NCBI RefSeq assembly: GCF_963921235.1
Contig: NC_086100.1
Coordinates: 199,270,001 to 199,334,000 of the forward strand
Reading direction: 5' to 3'
Length of the DNA stretch: 64,000 nucleotides
Source of the DNA: Mobula hypostoma
Taxonomy: Eukaryota
Position 1 is the first letter of the stretch; the number at the start of each line of letters is the position of its first letter. A model generated the notes under the pieces. That model worked only from the letters and a program-made list of their open reading frames with translations, had not been told where the DNA came from and ran no database searches. This document shows positions 24,101 to 37,269 of this stretch, piece by piece. The position numbers and the translations under genes were made by a program.

Positions 24101-26859
24101 GAGGTTGTTTTAAACTTTCATCTTAAGTCCAACAGTTGTATTGTGACTAAATTCTACACCAATATTCTAGATGTTACCAATGATTTAAAACCCAAATAAA
24201 CCAGATACAAGTATACCACGGAAAAAACGGTATTTTGCCAAGGGTCTCGCTTCCAGATTCCAAAAAACTTTTCCAACACGTACAAGGCACGTCAAGAGTG
24301 TAATCCACTTACCTGAACGAGTGCAGTTCAAACACCACACAGAAAATAACACATCAAGGATAAAGCAACCTGCTTGTCTGGCATACATCCACCATCCTGA
24401 ATAGTCATCTCCTCTTCCTTTTGTACTCCATGATGCAGCAGCTTCAGACACCCGGCCAGGCTTCTACAACAGTGGCTTTCAAACCTTAGCAAGTCGTGGT
24501 GTGTAGCAACTCCGATAAGTTACCCAATTCACAGGGCAGGACAGAGGCTGTATATATCCTGCAGCATGATTTATCTGTCATTCCAATGAGGAACAGATCA
24601 GGAGTATGAAGGAATGCCCTCCATTTGCCTGAATGAGTGCAACACCAACAATGCTTCAGAAGCCCAGAGCCACACAGCCCACTCAACTGGGCAAACAATT
24701 ACCCTTCATATTCAATCTCTGCACCACAGCACACACCACCTACAGAATACTCTAGTTGTACACGCAGTTCATTCCAACATCATTCTTCCAGCTCACAACC
24801 TTTACGACCTAGAAAAGGTCATAGGAAACTTGCAGGCACAACTCAAAATTACACACCACCCTGACTTAAACCATAAGATACAGGAGCAGAATTAGGTCAT
24901 TTGGCCCATTGAGTCTGCTCTGGCATTTCATCATGGCTGATCCAATTTTCCTCTCATCCCCAAGCTCTTGCCATACAAAGAATTTTGCAAATTCACCCCT
25001 TTCTGGCTAAAGAAATTCCTTATCTGCTCTAAAAGGACTTCGAAATATATCGCTGGTCCTTCACTGCTGCTGGGTCTAAATCTTGGAACTCCTTCCCGAA
25101 CATCACGATGAGAGCACCTCTTCATTAGAAGAACTGTGATTGTTCAAGATGATGGCTCAGCACCACTTTCAGAAGGGACAAAAAATGCTGGCTTGGCCAG
25201 TGGCGGATAGGAGCCAGACCATAAGTCAAACTGAGAAACAAATCATTGTTATATCAGAAGCTAGAATTCCATAGCAGAGAACTTTGCAGAAAACATTCAC
25301 CACATAAAGGATCTTGCCCATAACACATCCCTTGCAGGTATTCTTCCTCACATTGCCCATTTCCAAAAATGCAGGGAGCTTCTTCGATTCTGCACATTGT
25401 CAGAGAAGTTCATCATGCACATCAATTCAGATAAGTCAGCCCATCCCTTGCTGTCCACTCCGTTGCTAGTTTTCAACTGTCTAAACAGCACAAATACATT
25501 GATGAATAATATGTCAGATAACAAGCCAGCTCTGCTAGTGTAGTATTTAGCTAAGAGCTGTTTTAGCTAACAGTACTTAGCTAAGAGCTGTTTTGTAACA
25601 TCCAAAGTATCTCCAGACTGCTTGTTTTCAATAATATTGTATGCATATAAACTTCCTTTCAATTTGAATCATCCTCTTTGAACCACCTTTGCTGACACTG
25701 CCTTTGTGAAGGGCATCTTCAAACACAGTCTCATCCTGTAGACTGCAATCCAAACCAGCGATGCTCCTTCTCAGTTGGTTTGGATGTACAATATCTTCTG
25801 AAATTTCTCTCCAATGTTAAATTCTGCACTGCTCTACCAATTCTTATGCACGTTTTAGCCTCAATCATGCAACTTCCTTCACAGAATCGAAATTTAAATA
25901 GCAACCACAAGTGTATAACCATAACTTTGGAGGTGTGATCTACTATAAATCTTCACAAGAGAGCAGGGCCTAAGTAAATAGAGGTCAACTGTAAGATTAG
26001 AGGCATAAAGAGAAACTCAACAGTGCGTATCATTCACTACAAACAGTACAAAAGACAGATCTGTTAAATCACACTTTTTGTTTTACTCATTTCACACTAA
26101 CCCTTCTCTACTCCTTTAACACAAACTCTTTATCACTGACTCTTACACTAGATCTACACTTAGTGGAAACTTTATTGGGCAGCTCCTGTACTTAAATAAC
26201 TTGCACTGCAGCCTGGTATGGAAATACCAATGCTCTCCCCACTACTGGGCACATCTACATGGATCGTGGTCGCAAAAGGGCAGTAGCCATCGTCGGGGAC
26301 CTCCACCACGTAGCTCATGCCTTCTTCCCGCTGCTGTCATCAGGAAGGGCGGGGGGGGGGGATGCGTTGCAGGATCCTCGGGACTCACACCACCAGGTTC
26401 AGAAACAGTTGTTGTCCCTTGACCTTCAGGCTCCTGAACTGGAGAGGATGATTTCACTCAGCTTCACTTGCCCCATCACTGAACTGTTCCCACAACTTAT
26501 GGATTCACTTTCGAGGACTATTCATCTCAGGTTCTCGATATTTATTGCTTTCTTTCTTCTTGTATTTGCAGTTTGTTTTCTTTTTGCACACTGGTCATTC
26601 GCCCTGTTGGTACAGTCTTTCATTGATTCTACCATGGTTCTTGGATTTATTGAATATGCCCGCAAGAAAATGAATCTCAGTGTTTCTATATGGTGACGTA
26701 TATATACTTTGATAATAAATTTACTCTGACCTTTGAAATTGGTCACTTGACTGATTGGTTTGTGATCTCCTGCTGCTATAGCTATCTACTTTAAGGTTCA
26801 ACATGTGTTCAGAGATGCTCTTCTGCAAACTGTTGTAATACATGGTTATTTGAGTTACT

Positions 26860-27625
26860 TGCTGCACGTGGTGGCAAAAGTGAGCGCACGAAACAGCATC
26901 CTGAATAAGCTCACTAACACAAAATGGGGAGCAAGCTCGAAAACACTGCGAACCAGTGCACTTGTTCTTTGCTATTCCACTGTTGAACACGCCTGCCCTG
27001 CATGGGAAAGATCTACTCATGCTAAGAAGATGGATGCCGATCTGAATGCAAGCTGCAGACTTATCACAGGTTGTTTAAAACCAAAAAATACCAACAGCCT
27101 ATATATCCTGGCAGGTATTGCTGTCCCTGATACAAGAAGAATGGTCGCCAGCAAGAAAGAATGACTCCGTCAAAGATCAGATGAAAGGCACCCTTTACAT
27201 GGTCATACATCCACACCCAGCTGCCTAAGTCAAGGAAGAGCTTCATGAACAGTGTTGTTCCATTATAATCAACCCCATCTGAAGCCCGCATCGCCTTGTG
27301 GAAAGACCAGCTCGCCAGTGTCAAACAATCCCCAACGATGGAAATTCCACCGGATGAAAACCTTCTCCCAGCAGCTAATTGCAACAACAGACTTCGGACT
27401 GGTGTAGGTCATTCAAAGGTGTCACTAAGCAAATGAGGATATGCAACCAGCCCGTCAACTTGTGAATGTGGAACTGAGCCACAAACTATGCAACATCTCC
27501 TGCAATGCCCATCGCTAGAGGAATCCTGTACTGTTGTAGATCTTGCCGAATTCAACAAGGCGCAAAAATGTGTCCAGTTCTGGCTGGGCCATGTATAGAC
27601 TGCCCGTGGACATGATAAGTAGAAG
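26860..27625 (+). mobile_element. 5'-truncated Vingi/Ingi-like LINE inserted in a Tc1 remnant
   Basis: RT C-terminus KLTNTKWGA..LRTSAL.LCYS..E.A.P.W.RS.H...ITGCL..LAGI, terminal CECG...HLLQC knuckle, short GAA-type tail, 12-bp TSD ATTTGAGT(T/C)ACT (26848-59, 27626-37). Confidence 0.7.
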
Positions 27626-28198
27626 ATTTGAGTCACTATTGCCTCCCTCTCAGCTTGAACAAGTCCCTCCATTCTCCTCTGACCTCTCTCATTAACAAGG
27701 CATTTTCTCCCACAGAACCGCTGCTCACTGGATTGTTTTTGTTTCTGGCTCCATTCTCTGTAAACTCTCGACTACTGTGCGTGAAAGTCACAGATCAGCA
27801 GTATCTGAGATACTCAACCAACCCCGTCTAGTACCAGCAAACATTCAACGGTCAGTCGCTTAGATTATATTTTTCTCCATTCTGATATTTGGTCCAAATA
27901 ACTGAGCCTCTTGACCATGTCTGCGTGCTTTTATGTGTTGAGTTGCTGCCACCTGACTGGCTGACTATGTATTTGCATCAATGAGGTGTACAGGGATACA
28001 CTGAGTGCATATCACAGCAGCAGCATACGTACTACGAACGTACAGAAAGTAATTCTTAAAATGCTGACGTACCACCCTAATAATAGAGGGGATCATTAAA
28101 CTTCAATGTACTGTGCACAAATCAATTCTTGCTTCCCAAAGAAATCAAAAAGGCCATTACCATTTGTACCTTGGCTCCAAGGATGGTACTCAATGATA

Positions 28199-30062
28199 TG
28201 AATGCAGGGTTCTCAGTAAAATTAGATGGACTGTTAACTGTTAATTGCCTATTACAAAATGGCTTCTCTGAAGTGTTAAAATAAAATGGTTTCTCGTACT
28301 GTTAACTGCTGAGTAAGGAGTTCTCTGTGGCAGCATGTTTGGGTTATACTTAGTGATGATGGAAATTGTATTCGTTTGCTAGCCAATGGAAGTCATGTTA
28401 TATGTGCGTGCTCAGCTGAGGATCGCGGGTTTTTCGGGAGAACCGAAGAGGCAGGACGTGCTGGACGCGGTCTGGTCGACCACCTTGGTTGGTCCCAAGC
28501 GGCGGGTCGAGGAGGTCGGTGGGGATCGAATGGTGGAACTCCAACGGTTGTGCACGAAGTGGTTGAACTCTGTTAAGTTTGGCGCCTTTTACTTTCCTTT
28601 TATATTGTATCTCTATTAATTACATAGTTCCAGTAAGATCCAGAAAGTGTAATCTGTAAATCGTACATCGTGTGCTGTCTGATATTTGATGTGTAAGTTT
28701 GTACCAGGTGGCGTTACACAGCAACTACGCAAACGTGAGACACGGTTTCCCCTAGATAACACGAGCCAATAGCCCTGAGCGTTACATTTGCGGGGGCTCG
28801 TCCAGAGATCAGGGTACCGGGTTGAGACCTGTAGTGTTTGTCAGCCGGAGTCTGTCGTCCTCCAAGAGGTACAATCCCACCTATAAATTGGAGTTCCTGG
28901 CATTGAAATGGGCGTTGGTGGATAAGCTGAGAGACTACCTCTACGGAGGCAAGTTTGAGATGAGGACGGACAACAACCCACTTACTTATATCCTGATGTC
29001 AGCGAAACTGGATACTACAGGCTATCGGTGGTTGAAGGCCTTGTCATCGTATGATTTCAGCCTGAAGTACCGGCCGGGGCGCCAGAACATCGATGCACAT
29101 GCTTTGTCCCGACGGGCGCATGAAGAACTGGAGAGGGACTAGGAGTGGGAGAGCCTTCCTGCCTCTGGGGGCTTCTGACGACACCCTGCCCACAGTTTAC
29201 TGTGACTTGACTGCTCTCAAGACTAAGCAGCTGCTGCAATTGAGCCTGGGGGAAGTGGCAGCTGCTCAGCGAAATGACCCGGGCATTGGCACCGTTTGGT
29301 ATGTGGTGGAAATGGCATGGGCGGAGAAGACGAAGCACACTTCAATGCCTCCGTTACTGAGGGAATGGCCTCGGTTGAAGCTGAGGAAACAAATTTTATA
29401 CCGGGTCATGTCACCCCCGTTCCGACCTCGGTGTTGGCAGTTGGTCCTGCCCGAGAAGTATCGGAAGATTGCACTGAAGTCATTGCACGATGAGTCTGGA
29501 CATTTGGGGGTGAAGAAGACCTATGGATTGCTCAAAGACAGGTCGAATGAAGTCGGATGTTGAAGAGTACTGCAAGTTGTGCATTCGCTGCATACCGGAA
29601 GACATTGCCTGTGCAGGCCGCTCCTTTGTCATAGCTTCAGAGTGCAAGGCCCCTGGACTTGGTGCGTATGGATTTTCTATCCATAGAACCCGATGCCAGC
29701 AACACGGTGAATGTCTCAGTCATCACAGACCACTACACTAGATATGCTCAGGCTTTTCCGACCAAGGACCAGAGGGAGACTACAGTGGCAAAAAGTGTTA
29801 TGGGAGAAGTATTTCGTGCATTATGGCGTTCCCCAGCAGATACATAGTGATCAGGGACGGGACTTTGAGAGTAAGCTCATCTATGAGTTACTGGGCATGC
29901 TGGGAGTTGAGAAATCGAGGGCCATGCCCTATCATCTGCAGGGCGATCCCCAGCCAGAGAGGTTTAATCGGACCTTGCTACATATGCTCTGGACTCTAGA
30001 GATCAACAAAAAGAGCAGATGGAGCCAACATATTGAGCATCTGGTTCACTGTTACATGTGTA
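28199..30062 (+). mobile_element. Gypsy LTR retrotransposon remnant: LTR (about 28199-28786), tRNA-Pro-like PBS, RNase H and integrase fragments
   Basis: LTR ends GCGTTACA followed by TGCGGGGGCTCGTCC. Peptides YKLEFLALKWA...TDNNPL (RNase H), LHDESGHLG...C..C (integrase Zn domain), HSDQGRDFES...ERFNRTL (integrase core); frameshifted. Confidence 0.85.
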
Positions 30063-30403
30063 TGTAGGTAGTCGTATATACGATTCAGTATCATTGAAAA
30101 ACAAACTAGAAAGGGGTGTCCCGGGAGGAGTAGCTCCTCTGGGTGAAGGGGCTTGCAGTGTCCATTCCAGGGAAGCTCATTCACTTTAGTCCCCATTTGG
30201 ATACTCAGCTTTCACTTCTGGCTCCAAGTATCAGCTTGCATGTGACAGTGGCCACACCCCCAGAACACTGTTTTGAAAGGTGAGGGGAACTGGTGGTCCT
30301 CATACCCCAGTGAGATAGGAAATGCCTCTCCATAGAACCATAGAAACTACAGCACAGAAACAGGCCCTTTGGCCCTTCTTGGCTGGGCCGAACCATTTTC
30401 TGC

Positions 30404-33323
30404 CTAGTCCCACTGACCTGCACACGGACCATATCCCTCCATACACCTCCCATCCATGTACCTGTCCAATTTATTCTTAAATGTTAAAAAAGAGCCCACA
30501 TTTACCATCTCGTCTGGCAGCTCATTCCATACTCCCACCACTCTCTGTGTGAAGAAGCCCTCCCTAATGTTCCCTTTAAACTTTTCCCCCTTCACCCTTA
30601 ACCCATGTCCTCTGGTTTTTTTCTCCCCTTGCCTCAGTGGAAAAAGCCTGCTTGCACTCACTCTATCTATACCCATCATAATTTTATATACCTCTATCAA
30701 ATCTCCCCTCATTCTTCTACGCTCCAGGGAATAAAGTCCTAACCCATTCAACCTTTCTCTGTAACTGAGTTTCTCAAGTCCCGGCAACATCCTTGTAAAC
30801 CTTCTCTGCACTCTTTCAACCTTATTTATATCCTTCCTGTAATTTGGTGACCAAAACTGAACACAATACTCCAGATTCGGCCTCACCAATGCCTTATACA
30901 ACCTCATCATAACATTCCAGCTCTTATACTCAATAAGATTAATAAAGGCCAATGTACCAAAAGCTCTCTTTACGACCCTATCTACCTGTGACGACACTTT
31001 TAGGAAATTTTGTATCTGTATTCCCAGATCCCTCTGTTCCACTGCACTCCTCAGTGCCTTACCATTAACCCTGTATGTTCTACCTTGGTTTGTCCTTCCA
31101 ACGTGCAATACCTCACACTTGTCTGTATTAAACTCCATCTGCCATTTTTCAGCCCATTTTTCCAGCTGGTCCAAGTCCCGCTGCAGGCTCTGAAAACCTT
31201 CCTCACTGTCTACTACACCTCCAATCTTTGTATCATCAGCAAACTTGCTGATCCAATTTACCACATTATCATCCAGATCATCGATATAGATGACAAATAA
31301 CAATGGACCCAGCACTGACCCCTGTGGCACACCACTAGTCACAGGCCTCCACTCAGAGAAGCAATTCTCTACCACCACTCTCTGGCTTCTTCCATTGAGC
31401 CAATGTCTAATCCAATTTACCACCTCCCCATGTATACCTACCGACTGAATTTTCCTAACTAACCTCCCATGCGGGACCTTGTCAAAGGCCTTACTGAAGT
31501 CCATGTAGACAATATCCACTGCCTTCCCTTCATCCACTTTCCTGGTAACCTCCTCGAAAAACTCCAACAGATTGGTCAAACATGACCTACCACGCACAAA
31601 GCCATGTTGACTCTCCCTAATTAGCCCCTGTCTATCCAAATGCTTGTAGATTCTGTCTCTTAGTACTCCCTCCAATAACTTACCTACTACTGACGTTAAA
31701 CTCACCGGCCTATAATTTCCCAGATTACTTTTTGATCCTTTTTTAAACAACAGAACAACATGAGCCACTCTCCAATCCTCCGGCACTTCACCCGTAGACA
31801 GTGACATCTTAAATATTTCTGCCAGGGCCCCTGCAATTTCAACACTAGTCTCCCTCAAGGTCCCGAGGGAACACTCTGTCAGGTCCCGGGGATTTATCCA
31901 CTTTAATTTTCCTCAAGACAGCAAGCACCTCCTCCTTTTCAATCTGTACAGTTTCCATGGTCTCACTACTTGATTCCCTCAATTCCATAGATTTCATGCC
32001 AGCTTCCTTAGTAAATACAGACACAAAAAACCTATTTAAGATCTCCCCCATTTCCTTTGGTTCTGCACAAAGCCGACCACTCTGATCTTCAAGGGGACCA
32101 ATTTTATCCCTTACAATCCTTTTGCTCTTAATATACTTGTAAAAGCTCTTTGGATTATCCTTCACTTTGACTGCCAAGGCAACCTCATGTCTTCTTTTTG
32201 CCCTCTTGATTTCTTTCTTAAGTATTTTCTTGCACTTCTTATACTCCTCAAGCACCTGATTTACCCCCTGTTTCCTATACATTTCATACAACTCCCTCTT
32301 CTTCTTTATCAGAGTTGCAATATCCCTTGAGAACCAAGGTTCCTTATTCCTATTCAATTTGCCTTTAATCCTGACAGGAACATACAAACTCTGCACTCTC
32401 AAAATTTCCCCTTTGAAGGCTTCCCACCTACCAATCACATCTTTGCCAGAGAACAACCTGTCCCAATCCACGCTTTTTAGATCCTTTCTCATTTCTTCAA
32501 ATTTGGCCTTCTTCCAGTTCAGAACCTCAACCCTAGGACCAGATCTATTCTTGTCCATGATCAAATTGAAACTAATGGTGTTATGATCACTGGAACCAAA
32601 GTGCTCCCCTACACAGACTTCTGTCACTTGCCCTAATTCGTTACCTAATAGGAGATCCAATATTGCATCCCCTCTAGTTGGTCCCTCTATATACTGATTT
32701 AGAAAACTTTCTTGAACACATTTTACAAACTCTAAACCATCTAGACCCCTAACAGTATGGGAGTCCCAATTAATGTATGGAAAATTAAAATCCCCTACCA
32801 CCACAACTTTATGTTTCCTGCAGTTGCCTGCTATCTCTCTGCAGATTTGCTCTTCCAAGTCTCGTTGACTATTGGGTGGTCTGTAATACAATCCCACTAA
32901 TGTGGCCATACCTTTCCTGTTTCTCAGCTCCACCCATAAGGACTCAGTAGACAAGCCCTCTAATCTGCCCTGCCTGAGCACTGCTGTAATATTTTCCCTA
33001 ACAAGCAATGCTACTCTCCCACCTTTCGTTCCTCTGCCTCGATCACATCTGAAACATCGGAACCCTGGAATATTAAGCTGCCAGTCCTGCCCTTCCTGTA
33101 GCCAAGTTTCACTAATTGCTACAACATCATAATTCCACGTGTCAATCCACGCCCTTAACTCATCCGCCTTCCCCGCAATACTCATAGCATTGAAATATAT
33201 ACACCTCAGAAGATTTTTACCACCACTCACAACTTTTCTATCAGCGAATTTGCTTAAACTTTCATTTATTTTCACCCCAGCCACACTGTCAGCTCTGGCG
33301 CTCTGGTTCCCATCCCCCTGCAA
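30404..33323 (-). pseudogene. CR1 ORF2 (AP endonuclease and reverse transcriptase), one frameshift near 31860
   Basis: SETW, GDFN, SDH endonuclease motifs; YRPVSL, QHGF, DFSKAFD, GVPQGSVLGP, FADD RT motifs. Confidence 0.93.
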
Positions 33324-33325
33324 AT

Positions 33326-34288
33326 CTAGTTTAAAGCCCCCCCAATAGCACTAACAAACCTCCCTGAAAGGATATTGGTCCCCCTGTGGTTCAAGTGTAA
33401 CCCGTCTCTCTTGTACAGGTCCCACCTGCCCCAGAAGAGGTCCCAATGATCCTGAAATCTGAAAGCCTGCCCCCTACACCAGTTCCTCAGCCACTTGTTC
33501 CTCCTCCAGAGCATCCTATTCCTACCCTCACTGGCACCTAGCACAGGTAGCAATCCTGAGATTACCACCCTTGAGGTCCTGCTTTTCAACTTCCTACCAA
33601 GCTCTCTATACTCACTGTCCAGGACCTCTTCACTCTTCCTTGCTATGTCATTGGTACCGATGTGCACCACGACATCTGGCTGGTCACCCTCCCACTTCAG
33701 AATGTCATGCAATCGATCAGAGACATCCTTGACCCTGACACCTGGGAGGCAACAAACCATCCTGGATTCTCTGTCACGACCACAGAACCTTCTATCTGCA
33801 CCTCTAACTATCGAGTCCCCTATCACTACCGCTCTCCTCTTTTCCCCCCTCCCTTCTGCACTGCAGAGCCAGACTCAGTGCCAGAGATCCAGCTACTGCA
33901 GCTAGTCCCAGGTTAAGTCATCCCCCCCAACAGTATCCAATGCGGTATACTTGTTGTTGAGGGGAATGGCCACAGGGGAACCCTGCTCTGCCTGTCCTTT
34001 CCTCTTCCCTCGCCTGACAGTGACCCAATTTCCTGTCCTCTGCTCCTTTGGCGTAACTACCTCCCTGTAGCTACGATTTATAATCTCCTCATTCTCCCGA
34101 ATGATCCGCAGGTCATCCAGCTCCTGCTCCAGTTCCCTAACACGGTTTGTCAGGAGCTGCAGCTGGATGCACTTCTTGCAGATGTCGTTGTCAGGGACAC
34201 CGGAGGGCTCCCTGACTTCCCACATCCTGCAAGAGGAGCATTCCAACTTCCTGCCTGGCATTCTCTCTGTGCAAGACAATCTGAACAA
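33326..34288 (-). pseudogene. CR1 ORF1 in two frames: C..C Zn-finger/leucine zipper (33902-34288) and SGNH esterase (33326 to about 33910)
   Basis: CSSCRMWE..CKKC..LEQELDDL; GDS, PG, HIGTND and DGLHLN esterase motifs. Confidence 0.85.
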
Positions 34289-37269
34289 AAAACTTACCAG
34301 AACCTACCCTGGCCTCTGCCTGTTCTCGCCGAAGCCTGTTTGAGCCAAAGCCGCCCCACTCTGGCTCAGTCCACTCCGACAATGGCCGCTACAACGATGG
34401 CCGCTGTATATGGTGGTCTGCTTTTAAACCTTGGCGCGCTACGTCACGCGCCTGCGCAGTGTAGACCCTTCTCCCCGAGCAGTTTTTGAAAAAAAACGAC
34501 GACTTTTTCGACTCGAATTCTTCCGCTCACTTTTTCGGCTACTTGCTTCGACTGAAACAAGAACCGTTGAAAATTTCCCTTTTTAAACCTTGGCGTGCTA
34601 CGTCACGTGCCTGCGCAGTGCAGACCCTTCTCCCCGAGCAGTTTAAAAAAAACGACTTTTTCGACCCGAATTCTTCCGCTCACTTCTTCACTCCTTCTAG
34701 CATGTGAAGTCTGCTCCAGCAGATTGAGCCGATGAGATCCAACAGCCAGGTAGGCAGTTCTGCAACGCTCAGTGTGAACGAAGTACATGAAGTCACGGTA
34801 CCCACTGCAACCCAATTGTGACTCTTGTTCATACCGAAGTCAAGAGAGTGACACTGCCCCAGTGCATGGGCTTTTCCACTGTAAAAACTGTCCAGCACAG
34901 GTTTCCTGTCATCATCGGACAATGACCAACCTATTGATCCACAATGGTGTACATGCAATTGTCAGAGATCTGATTCCACACCTGATATTTCAGTCTTCTC
35001 ACTCTAAGAAAGGCTGGCATATATTTTGACCGATCTAAAATATTCATCTCAACTGCTAGCTAAATGGCTCATGGAACAGTGGACATTATTCCTATTCCAT
35101 CTCAAACAACATTTACTGTTCTCTCATGATGCAATGTCAAAATATTGTTTGGATGAGATCTTCTGCTACTCCTTTGTGAACAAGAATTGCAAATTCGTGA
35201 CTGTATTTCAATCAGGTCCATTTGTATTCTGTCAAGTCCAGTAAACGGTACTGTAACAAACACTAATGGCAACAACTTATCTTCAGACTTCCATCCTGAA
35301 GTGAATCTCCACGTTTTCAGTTTGTTTACATTAACCCTTTTGGAGAGTGTGCAGAAGACACTTACCAGGATTAGAAGGCACATATGATAAGGAGAGTCTG
35401 GACAAACTTGAAGTGTTTTCTTTAGAAGGCTGAAGGTTATAAGATTATGAGGCATAGACAGAATGGAACTCTGCCAAGCCCGGCTGTGAAAGTAGGGCTA
35501 GCAAATCCACCCCGTAAAAGCCTACTGCTAGAGAAGCGCCAAGAGGCTCCAGACACCTTATACCCAGGAGAGGAAAGACCTAAAAAAGATGGGCTACACC
35601 TGGGGATAACTTGAAAGACTGATCCAGGATAGAGGACTCTGGCCAGCTGTCTATGGCAAGGGCGATGAGTATTAAGGAGAAGTGGACAGCAGGTATCTTC
35701 TATTCCAGGGTCAACGTGTCTACTACCAGATGGCACGTATTTAAGACCATAAGATATAGGAGCAGTATTAGGCCATTTGGCCCATTGAGTCTGCTCTGCC
35801 ATTTCGCCATGGCTGATCTATTTCCCTATTCCCCATGGCTGACCCAATCTCCTGCCTTCCCTCCCCCATATCCCTTCATGCCCTGACTAGTCAAGAATAT
35901 ATCAATCTTGGCCTTAAATATATCCAAGTACTTGGCCTCCACAGCCACTTGCGGCAACAAATTTCAGATTCACCACTCTCCAGAGAAAGAAATTCCTCCA
36001 TATTTCTCTACTAAATGGATGTTCCTCTATTCTGAGACTGTGCACTCAGGTCCTAGTCCCCCCCACCATATGAGGTATCTTCTCCACGTCCACTGTCAAG
36101 GCCTTTGAACATTCGGCAAGTTTTCATGAGAGCCCCTCCCCCCAAGGCAAATACAATACAGACACATGAATGTGCAAGGAATGAATGGTTAGAGATTGTA
36201 TAGGCATAAGGGATGTTAGGCATTTGATTAGTTTGGCACCACAGTGTGGGCTGAAGGGCCTGTTCCTTTGGTGTAATATCCTTTATTGTTTATACTTTTG
36301 TAAATTTATTTCAATAACCTCAACACTAATTTGTTGCGAGTGAGAGAAATCTATCATGATAATCTCCCTGCAAAAGTTGACCAAATCTGATTTCAACCAA
36401 CTCAAATTCCAGTCACCGTTTCTTGAACTGTTCAATGCCCAAAAGAAAGCCAGTTGTTTGAACCAAAGCCAATTCCACACTGTAAAGTGTTACCCAACTT
36501 AAAGTTAAAATGGCTGCAAGCAGTAAATGCCTCCCCAAAAATTCACAGAGAAGAACATTGTCTTCAATTAAATCAACGACCCGTGTTCCAATTTATTTCT
36601 GGAGAAGAAATTTGTCATTTGGCAAAAAACTATAATACCAGTGACAAACAGCACCTGGATCAAGACTGCATCTTTTCCAAGCTCATAATGGATTAGAGGA
36701 GAATTACGACATCACTCTTAAGGAAAAGAAACAGATGAAAGATCAAGTTAACATCTGTGATTTCACAACCAAAGTGGAAGAAAACCATTTGCTGCCAGAA
36801 CCAAAGAATGGTGAATTAAGTGGTTGTACTGCAAATCTGCATGCCACTGTAAACTGAAATGATATAAAGCAGAGAACAACTACATCTCAGTCCAACCAGT
36901 GATTTACCTTGCAGGCTAAGGGCTAAGTACAATTATCACCAATCTAAGAATTAAGAAAGCTGGTAAGTCTGCACAGGAATGATTCAATATCGAACACTTC
37001 CCGCCGTGCTTCAGCTAACCCTGAGTTTAGTCCTGACCAAAGATCGCCACACACATTTGATAACTACCACCCTCTTCATAACTAAATTCACAGCAGCTAG
37101 GGGCGGAGAGGGGACCGAGGGGGGGTGGAGAGGGGCGGGGGACAAGCAGGCATCGAGGGGGAAGGGTCCTGGGGGGGAAGAGGGGTCCAAGGGGAGGGGG
37201 GTGATGAACAGGGGGCCGAAGGCAGGGAGGAGAGAGAAGGCCTCTGAAGGCAGATGGGTGGGGAAGAGA

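Larger units (their letters stand above)
30331..34695 (-). mobile_element. Near full-length CR1 LINE in ZNF638 intron 1, sense to the gene
   Basis: 5' UTR with duplicated monomer, ORF1 (Zn-finger/coiled-coil plus esterase), ORF2 (APE-RT), 3' TTCTATGG-type tail at 30331. Confidence 0.95.

Noticed and set aside
30456..34343. Plus-strand ORFs overlapping the CR1
   Set aside because: Antisense shadows of LINE coding sequence with no independent evidence.
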